A DNA stretch of 59,473 nt, counting the filler, from Sphacelaria rigidula (Eukaryota), in NCBI GenBank assembly GCA_964200075.2. It is 7 parts of 7 records of this genome, joined end to end, with 100 filler letters (N's around TTAATTAATTAA, not from the genome) between each part and the next. Parts side by side here need not be neighbours in the genome. Positions count along the whole stretch, not along the records: positions 42,554 to 50,963 come from CAXNAA020011237.1; positions 51,064 to 59,473 come from CAXNAA020011238.1; 5 more parts are not named here. One strand, 5' to 3'. Positions 50,554 to 59,473 of this stretch are shown in pieces. The notes below the pieces were generated by a model, which searched no databases, was not told where the DNA came from, and saw only the letters and a list, made by a program, of their open reading frames with translations. Every line of letters starts with the position of its first letter. The first letter of the stretch is position 1. The position numbers and the translations under genes are program-made.

Positions 50554-50790
50554 ATGGTAATGGTAGTAGTAATGGTAATGGTAATGGTAGTGGAAATAGC
50601 AACGGTAATAGTGATAATACTAGTACTAGTACTACAATGGTCATGGTAAGTGTTATATTGTAATAGTGACTGTAATAGTGATGGTAATGGTACTAGTAAT
50701 AGTAATAGTAATAGTTCTAGTAATATTGTAGTAATATTGTAGTAATAATAACAGCAATAGTGATAGGGATAGGGATAGGGATAGTAATGT
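49684..50790. repeat. GTAATA/GTAATG-derived satellite with a 341-bp higher-order repeat
   Basis: Marker GTATAGTAATGGTAGTGGTAATAGCAAAGGTAACAAC recurs 341 bp apart; pure (GTA)n at ~50505-50553. Confidence 0.93.
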
Positions 50791-50963
50791 GTGTGTTGTT
50801 GTGTGTTGTCGTCCCATTTGTTCTGGACGCCAGTCTACTGTACCCCTTTCGGGATATGTGGGCACATCAGCCGGGGTCACACAGGAGGAAGGTCAACACA
50901 GGAGCGTTTTCTTTTTATTTGCTTTTAGTACCCCACCTTCCTTCTGCGGTGCTTGCCTTTATG
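50789..50963 (-). mobile_element. 3' end of the LINE/SINE family (second copy, cut by contig end)
   Basis: Matches 35657-35803. Confidence 0.8.
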
Positions 50964-51063
50964 NNNNNNNNNNNNNNNNNNNNNNNNNNNNNNNNNNNNN
51001 NNNNNNNTTAATTAATTAANNNNNNNNNNNNNNNNNNNNNNNNNNNNNNNNNNNNNNNNNNNN
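50964..51063. other. Artificial contig linker
   Basis: Same 100-bp linker. Confidence 0.99.
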
Positions 51064-51160
51064 TCACACGCTTACTTGATCCCAGTATGGAGCGGCGGAT
51101 CCTTTTGCTCACTTGATCCCAGTATCGCGCGGGGGATCATTTCCCCTAATAATATATTTG

Positions 51161-51245
<85 letters not shown>
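51161..51245. repeat. (AAT)n/(AATGAT)n microsatellite
   Basis: Direct reading. Confidence 0.95.
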
Positions 51246-51779
51246 GGGGTTGATGAAGAGCGGTGGGAAAATTTTGTCGTGTCTTCTGATTGTCAAATGA
51301 GCATGATGCCGGTTTCATCTTCATGTAGAATCGATGCCGATTTCACAAGGGACTATTCTTGTTACGTTTTCAGCCCTAAGAGCAATGAGGATGATGGGTA
51401 AGTACAAGGCTCAATACAACCCATCACAATCAAAGCTAAACCTGAGGAATTGACCGCCCCCGCGAACCAAGAACATATACAGTGGCAACGAGTTTGACGA
51501 TGTGATCGCCAACCAAGAGACAAATTGACCGTCGACCAAAACACATACAGTGGCGACGAATTTGACCATTTGACCGCCACGATAGGTTATCTATCGTTGA
51601 AGCGGCATCAGTTCATTGGACTTGGCGAATTACTGCGTGGCCCAGATAACCTACCCTACCGGTCAAAGGATAAAAAAACAGTGAAAATGAAGTATAGTCG
51701 AGACCATGCGATGTACATGCATGATAGTTGTAAGCGTTGCGTGTCACACAGAAGGAGGCCAAAACAGAAATTTCTGCGG

Positions 51780-51984
51780 TCGCCTTATTTTCTCATCGGG
51801 AGAGAGGTTCAGCGGTCCCTTTCCCTCGTCGACCATAAAATCGAACTCTGTTTACCCGACATAATCGCCGTCCACTGTTGGACATGGTGTGAGATAAAAT
51901 TCCAGATCGTGTGACTGCACTGAGGTTCAAACCCACGACCCAACCGTCACAAGGTTTCGGGATTACCAACTGAGCCACCGCGGC
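51780..51984 (-). mobile_element. tRNA-derived SINE (head 51912-51984, His-like GTG loop)
   Basis: A box TGGCTCAGTTGG, B box GGTTTGAACC, stem-loop AACC-TTGTGAC-GGTT; acceptor stem poorly paired; body boundary approximate. Confidence 0.65.
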
Positions 51985-54900
51985 AACCGTCTGCCGAAAA
52001 ACATATTAAAGATGGAAGACGACGCCTCATGACGAAAAAAACGCATGTACGGCAATGTAGCTGCAGCAGCATCAGCTGCAACAACAGCAGTCCGGAGACA
52101 GTAAAAGAAGAGTACGGTCGAGGTGATGCGACATGCGGGCAACATCACAACATGCTCTCGGTGTGCCCCGAGATTGAGCGGAGGGTCGTTCCGCACAGCC
52201 CATCCAACTGAGCATGATGCCGATTCAATTTTCAAGTGAAAACGGTACCGGTTCCACAACTGAATATGGGGCCTGTGTGCGGTAAGAGGTGGTATCTCCG
52301 AAACTTTACAGCGGGTGCCCCGTCCAACAAGGAAATGCATCAAACATCAGAATGCCATGGAGAAAACAGCACGGAAAGGGTGTGCACGCCAAACCTAGAA
52401 GGAACGGGAACGCCCCCCAATGCCCAGCGAAATGCAACCGGAGCGGCCGATACGAATAATCAGCGGGAATTGTACTCTAAAATCAACTTGAGAAGAAATG
52501 CTGGCTTCTCAGAGGTTCAGACAACGAACTGGCCCCGGAAGACATGTGCTCTAAAACCGGGTGCAACAATACACCAAAAGTGCACCTGTCTGCAGGGCTT
52601 GAAAATGAGCCGAAATGTAACCTGTATATATGATTTTTGGCGCTTCGCGCCGCCGCTCAATGGAGCGTTACCCAAGGCAAAGAATAATGTGGATGGTTCG
52701 GCGCTGAACCTATGATTTGCAGATAATTCGATATTCTGAAGGAAAAAATGGGATCCTGTAAAGAGGATGTGTGTAGGTTGGCGATCGCAAAGTGGGCGTA
52801 GAACTACCCGCGCAAGCGAAACACGACAACCTGCTCGCGAAAACAATCAACCCCATGCAGTTACAGAAGTACCAGCCAGCAGGGCTCCGCGCCCGCGGGG
52901 TAACATGTGCATTGAAGTGCGCAACCTGATCCAAGTAGAGGGCGTTTATCTGTTTTGCAGTCATGGCCAGTATATCGCCTCGGAATCAAACCGAGCAACG
53001 TAGCCAAGCCTGCCGAGGTTACAGGTGACACCATGACGCGACTTAAGGTACTTGCGGCTTGCCCTGTTATTCAGTTGGACGTTCTTTACTCACCACTGCA
53101 ATGCAGTTGTGCATTGTACTGTTTGTACAGTCATATACTCCTCTGCAGCTACTGTCTGTTACAGTACATACCTCACTTTGGTCCATCTATACTCCGACAC
53201 TTTACTCTCGAGCTTGCATTGCACTTTACTCTACTGTATCGCACTGGGATGTACTTTAACTACTCTCGGTAGCAGTACTGTGCTGTGTTCCAGTGACCGT
53301 GGCAATTCCAACAATGCATTAGGTGCGCTATCGTAACTCCCCTGTCCCGATGCGCGTTGGTTCCTTCGTCTGTTTTCGAAGAACTCATGAATCGACAGAA
53401 CCTGCACCCGATCACTGCGACCAAAAACTCCACGTCAAGCCACGTCATATCAGCTTCCACTACGAACAATTTAACTGTGAAGTTTCAACGCTCCCACTCT
53501 GCACCATGACTATTTGCTCAGAATTTTGTTTCCTCGGAACTCTCTAATACTGATGGATACTTCCAGTACATAGTTACCAGTCGGTGGCGCCGCGGCCTTT
53601 CCGATTGCCTCCGCCATTTCACAGGGAGGTCACGTGAACGACACTGACTGTAGCTCGGGCCGCCATACACGTGCAGACAATATCATCTTGTTCACATTAC
53701 GGGGTCGTTGCTTGGCATGGGAGCGAGGGATGGGTATATCGTATGAAGCCGCTTGCTCTTGTGCAACGAACAATCTCTCCAAAAAAGCCTGATGATTCAG
53801 TGCCGATTTCCGCCGACAGACGTGGTTCGGCGGATCATGCTATCTAATAAATAATTGGTACTGTACTCTTTGGCAGGATTGTAGCCCATTTTTTCGAACT
53901 TTCGTGCGCCGAGTTCAACGTTTAGCCGGATGAATCATTCGTCGATCAGTCCACGAAAACGATTTCGCGAGTGACCCCAAAAAGCTTGAAAGTGCCGGCT
54001 GAAAGTTAAAATGGACGTACGAAAAGGTCAGAAAGGACGCTGGAACCCTCTCGGGAACGTACAGCAAGACTTTTCAGAGTGTGACAATCGGCAAAGCCTC
54101 GAAATACTCGTATTCCTATTGCACCCTGGGGAAAATTGGCGTTGAATCGTCTGTCAAAACTAGATTAGTACTACACACGGCTTTTTCGGAGAAATTGTGT
54201 TCATATCCCTGATGAAAATTCATTCGTCGTATTTTCACGCTTCGAATTTTCGCGCAACGATTTATGGTGCGTTTTCGCCGCACATTAGCTACATGCCGAT
54301 ACCGTACAGTCAGTAGTTCTTGTGTCACGAGTGTTTCTTTAGTGCCAAAGCACGATGAACATCCCCCAACAACACCCACCACCCAAACAAACCGTCAAAA
54401 ACATCTGACACGGAAGCAAACACCACAACCAAGTAGAAGTTCCGCAAAGCCTTGGCTCCACCTTCAGAGGGAAAATCACGCTAAACGCTTTCACGAGCTA
54501 CAGTAACACGATCTACAGTACTCCAGCTGTTCCCGGTATCAAACCTTTGACCACGAGCATAGATAGGTCATGTGTTCGGTCAGCATCAAATTAACTTGGA
54601 AAAATTACCACATAGACCAACATGTTTGTGATAGTAGAATCGTTGTTTGTTTCCGGAACGGAAGGTTATTTTTCGCGATTTACACCAAGGCGGTCGAATC
54701 GTCCGAAACGTTCGTCACCCCCACAAAGTCCATCATCTCACGAGAATAATGGTGCAAAAATATTTTAAATAGACTCAGTCAGTACAGAGTTATGAGGAAG
54801 AATGTATCCAAATTAGGGGAAGAAACGAATGCACATTTTAGCTTCATCTTATGGAAGGTACCACCGCGTGTTTAAATCTGATTGCGGTGAATTCCCGTCA

Positions 54901-55349
54901 GAGTATAGGCCTTCAGGGGGGTGGCGGCCGTTTCGGGTGATTACACCGCCTTGTTATAAATAGCGAAAAACCTCCCGTTCCGAAAGCAAAATCCGTTCAA
55001 CATCTCGCGAACGTGTCATCATAGCCAGATGACCTACCCATCCTCGCGGTCAAAGGGTCAAGCGATTCCGCTCAAACTTTGGTCCGTGGCTGAACTCCTC
55101 GTAAATATATATCGGAAGGTATGCCCCATGTGTTCGGCACCAAATCACAGCTGCTTCCTCGGACTTGAAAAAGCGAAAAACAAAATGCCCTTCATGATGC
55201 AGAAAACGGCTGGTGGGTTACATCATTTGGTTCAACGCGACAGATTTCGTTCTCTGGCAATTGGATGTTCGAAGATAGTACAACACTGCACTGTTTGCAA
55301 CTGCGTGTGTACTGTAGTACTGTGTCATTTTTGCTCCATCTCACCAGTA

Positions 55350-55896
55350 CAGTTTACCATTTGGGATGGTGAGAAATTTCTCAGATAGTTCGACTTCATT
55401 TTAGTGTGAACAGCGAAAATCCGGACTTTAATGGGGCTATGCTCCAAGCGTGCTCCTAGCTGAGGGGATCTGACGAACTGTACGTAAACAGTGGTTGGTA
55501 GTATAGGGATACCGCCAACCCTAACGCTAACCGTAACCCTAACACGTTCTGGACGAGCTGGGTCTACTGCTCACCACCGCTCACCTGCCCGAAGTCATAA
55601 ATTGTCTCAGAACTTTCTTCAGTCTAGAATCAAGTGAAATAGAGTTTGTTCACGTACCTTTCGTCAGCTCTACTGTCCTAGCTCGCGTAAAACGCGTTTT
55701 GGTCGAAATCGGCGCCTGGGGCGCGGATTTGAGGTCTGGCAACGCACCCTTTGCCTATGTAACACCCTCCACCCCCTCGTCCGAGGGTTCTCGGTGTGCC
55801 TTCGTTGGGGTTAGGGTTAGGGTTAGTGTTGGTGTTATACTTTGTTCGAAGTTATAAGTTTCTGAGAAATTTCTCACCATCCCAAGTGGTAAACTG
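55350..55896. mobile_element. 547-bp TIR element, Tc1/mariner-like MITE with internal telomere-like hexamers
   Basis: 36-bp TIR CAGTTTACCA(T/C)TTGGGATGGTGAGAAATTTCTCAGA; TA on the left flank only. Confidence 0.8.
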
Positions 55897-55904
55897 ACCT
55901 CGGT

Positions 55905-57163
55905 CCGTCTGGATCATGCGTACTTCACCCAGTGAAATTGCAGTGAAATTGATACCGATTCAGCAGGTGACCGGATCGGTCATCGGAATCAGGCATACTT
56001 TTTAGGGTGAAATTGATGCCAATTCAATAGAGGATCTACTCTTGTTACAGGGTTAGCTGTGTGACCGCAGGGGTTGTTTATCATGGGTCATATACAGCCA
56101 TACACAGCGGCACAGGAGATCGGCGACGAAAATGGTGTGCAGAATAAATCGTTGTCAACGTGCGGGGCGTCGCGCACCACCGCCGACCACGTCCATCTGA
56201 CTACGGTCAGAGGGTCAACCCTCAGACCGCAATGCGGGTAGTCCATCTTGGATCACGCATACGTTTCCCAGTGAAATTGATCCCGATTCAGCAGATGAAC
56301 TACCCTCGCGGTCAAAGGGTCAACCATTTGACTGCAACGGTAGGTCATCGGAATCAAGCATATTGTTTCCGGTGAATTCGATGCCGATTCGACAAATGAC
56401 CAACTCCCGCCGTCAAAGGGTTAACCGTTTGACCGCGGTGGTTGTTCATCATGGATCATATACAGCCATACACAGCAGTACAGCAGGTAGGCGATTGATA
56501 TAGTCAACCGCCGACTACGGCTATTCGACTATGGTCGAAGGGTCAACCCGTAGACCGCGATGCAGGTAGTCCATCTTCATCACGCATACTTTTCCCAGTG
56601 AAATTGATGCCGATGCAGCAGGTGAACTACCCTCGCGGTCAAAGGGTTAACCGTTCGACTGCTAGGGTCGGTCATCGGAATCAAGCCTACTTTTTCCAGT
56701 GAAATTGATGCCGATTCAACGGATGACCAACTCTCGCAGTCAAAGGGTTAACCGTTTGACCGCGACGGTTGTTTATCATGGGCCATATACAGCCATACAC
56801 AGCGGTACAGCAGGTAGGCGAGTGAAATAGTGTGCGGAATACGTCGTTGTCAACGTGCCCGGCGTCGCGAACCACCGCTGACCACGCCTACCCGACTACG
56901 GTCAAAGGGTTAACCGTTTGACTGCGAGGGTCGGTCATCGGAATCAAGCATACTTTTTCAAGTGAAACTGATGCCGATTCAACAGATGACCTATTTCACC
57001 GTCAAAGTATCAACCGTTTGACCGCGGCGGTTGTTCGTCATAGGTCATATACACCCATACACAGTCGTACAGCAGGTGGGCGACTGATAAGATGGGCGGA
57101 AGAAATAGTTGTCAACGTGCCCGGCGTCGGGCACTTGCGCCAACCACGGCTATCTGACTACGC
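55905..57163. repeat. Complex tandem array of palindromic units with ~260-370-bp higher-order period
   Basis: Units GATGA.C.ACCCTCGCGGTCAAAGGGTTAACCGTTTGAC.GCGAGGGTCGGTCATC; marker CATATACA(G/C)CCATACACAG four times. Confidence 0.9.
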
Positions 57164-57366
57164 AAAAGCCGTGAAGCCACAAATTCTCTGGAACTTGTTG
57201 GCCCGCCTGATCTGAGGTACATGCAATCAACGGCCATGATACTATTGTGGTAAATACCCCTGCAGGGAGACACGGTTCGCGAAGAAGACAGACCGTACGG
57301 CTCCAAACGGAAAATCTCGAGGCATAAAAATGTCCAGCAGCGATCCACCTGCGAATTTTCGGATTG

Positions 57367-57646
57367 GTTTCACTTGTGGTTGTCATAACACACTACTCTC
57401 GGATGTACCGGGCACGTTCGCGCCACAGCGTGGCACTGATGTACTGAAGAAACTCACTATGAATGTGCTCGACGCCGCATTCCCCGCCAGGCTGCAAGCT
57501 TCCGGTCAACACCTTTAGCGCGGGAGGTGTTGATTTGTGCCATCGGCATCATTGTTGCGTGATAAAGGTCGGATATTCATACTGCTTTTCACTTGGTTGT
57601 CATAGCACACTACCCTCGGACGTACGGGCACCTTCGCGCCACGGCG
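57367..57646. repeat. Pair of ~63-bp direct repeats
   Basis: TTTCACTT..GGTTGTCATA.CACACTAC.CTCGGA at ~57368 and ~57587. Confidence 0.8.
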
Positions 57647-58773
57647 CCGCACGCGGTGAGCTCCAACAAAGCAAAATGCTGCAGAAAGGACTCAAGTTGG
57701 GTAGTGATGGAGAAAAAGAGGGGTAGGTGTGGCCAATAGCGAGGAAGGTGCGGATGGACAGCAGGAGATGAGATTTAGCACAGAGAAACGGTTGACCGTC
57801 TCTTGATTATTCGGCATCATTTTCAGGCCTCGTTCAAGTGAAAATTCCGAGATGTGCCGGGGTAACAGGTTGCGCTCATTTCCGAGAAGGAAAGTGTGAG
57901 ATTCAACGGTGAACAGTGGTGGTCACTAGCACGAAGGAGAGGCAAACGGCTAGCGAAGTCCCTTGTCTCAGAGTGATGGGTTCGCTGAGTGACGGGTCCC
58001 TTCCGAGAAAACAAACGAGATAGGTGGGGGAGTCAGTGGTGCCGAAGTGACAGAAAATGTGAAATTTCGAAGGAGTAAAGTTCCGCCACGAGAGCGCGAA
58101 TTGCCGAGGAAAAACAGGACATGCGGTCCATCACAGGGAAACGGAGGAATGAAATACTGGCCGCTGGTGCGTAGGACTTCGGAGGAACGCTGCGCTGTCA
58201 GGCATCGTCACTGTTGCACCTGCGTGCCGGAATTCTGAGTGCGGAGAAATCTACAGCATGAAGATAATAATTTATCCATATCTATAAGATCCGTAAGGCG
58301 CACGAGCGCGCAGCGATGATCGTCAGGAGGCGCCAACGAGATTTATGCTGGAAATAGTGTGAAACTTCCTCTACGCCCGCGTCGGGGGATGACGGTTCGG
58401 GCGAATGCCAATGCTAGGGGGCCGATGCGCAGATTCGTTCCGCGTGGCTCGTGCTACATTTTAACTACGGTAATATTGTGAAAGTGCATGGTCATCAATG
58501 AGCATCGTTAAACCGATCATCATTGAACGGATCATGAGTCGGTGACAAATTCTTCTGGTTGCGGCCACACAGCGCGTGGGGTTCAACACTCGTGTTATGG
58601 CAGTTTTTGCCGTCGAAACTCGTTGACATCGTCAACGCACATGGAATTGAGCGAGCGGTTCGGCGAGGGCATGGGCAGGGCACAACGCAACGATGACCCC
58701 CCGTCGCGAACTCCGCAGAATTTCCCGCAAGTTCGCATTTTCTATATACGTATATAGAGAGAGCAGCTACATT

Positions 58774-59218
58774 TTGAGCGGGTGCACAGAGATAGTCTGT
58801 CATGAGTTGGAAATGTAATTATACAGTGTTTTTCATACGGAGCCACGCCCGGATCATACTCGAGAACACTGGCGAATCATGCCTACACCCTACTCCGTCA
58901 CGACATCAAATCTCAAGAACCACAGCCACACACGACATGCTCAGCTTTTCCTCAACCAAGAAGAAGAAGCGCTCGAAAGACGAGAGGGGATCGTCCTCAA
59001 GCAGTGATAATCAGCCGCAGCATCGGGCGCTAAATTTTCAACGGGCGCACAGAGATAGTCTGTCGTGAGCTGAAACCGTAGTTGTGAGCGGGTTCACAGA
59101 GATAGCCTCCCGTGAGCTGTATCTGTAATTATACAGCATCATACATACTGAACCACAACCCGACCATACTCGAGAACACCGGCGAACCATGCCTTCACCC
59201 TTCATCATCACAACATCC
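58774..59218. repeat. Diverged ~135-bp direct repeats plus a partial third copy
   Basis: GAGCGGGT.CACAGAGATAG...CATACTCGAGAACAC.GGCGAA.CATGCCT. Confidence 0.8.
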
Positions 59219-59473
59219 CCGGTGGTGTGATGGTCCGACTGTCGCCATCAGGGTGAAGAGAACGAGGGTTCGATGCCCGATGCGTTTGGGTTTTTCTTTC
59301 GTGATATATGATTTCTACCGTGGAAAGCGTGAGAACGTGAGTAAACAAAGTTGCCGACTGGATTCGTGTGACGTGAGTTGACACGGTGCGGGAGTGCTGA
59401 CCCAATCCGCGAGACCAAAATAAAAGGCGCGAACCGGGGGAGAGATGGGTTGATCCCCTGAGACCACGGACTC

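Noticed and set aside
49590-50880. Val/Ile/Met- or Leu-rich membrane protein ORFs
   Set aside because: By-products of a triplet-based satellite, with frame breaks at each higher-order unit
51912-51984. Functional tRNA-His gene
   Set aside because: Acceptor and D stems pair poorly and the B box is mutated; better explained as a SINE head
52236-52715. 159-aa ORF as a gene
   Set aside because: No recognisable motif, splice signals or codon bias; begins inside a repeat unit
55905-57163. CRISPR or attC-like array
   Set aside because: Spacers are repeated rather than unique; no cas gene, integrase or cassette ORFs

Overview
The window is not one locus. It is seven separate contigs of 8410-8411 bp joined by six identical 100-bp artificial linkers (N44-TTAATTAATTAA-N44). 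The DNA is eukaryotic, repeat-rich and intron-containing. The repeat families and exon style suggest a brown alga (Phaeophyceae) or related stramenopile, which is an inference. Most of the sequence is transposon debris: three Ty1/copia remnants, three pieces of one LINE family, tRNA-derived SINE heads, and several non-autonomous DNA-transposon families. Their target-site duplications (TSDs) of 2, 4, 7 and 8 bp can be read directly, in three cases by restoring the interrupted sequence or comparing with an empty site. The highlight is an apparently complete 3-exon gene missed by the ORF track (11783-11864, 12429-12536, 12856-13232). It encodes a 188-aa protein: signal peptide, propeptide ending in R-A-L, a 50-aa Lys/Gly block, then a 66-aa Asp/His/Tyr block. 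After RAL there are 33 K/R and 33 D. This secreted diblock polyampholyte resembles the architecture of diatom silaffin/cingulin precursors and marine adhesives. Other host-gene pieces are a 4-5-exon fragment in contig 5, a Kelch-repeat exon with a probable GC donor, and one orphan exon. No rRNA, intact tRNA, CRISPR or prokaryotic operon is supported.
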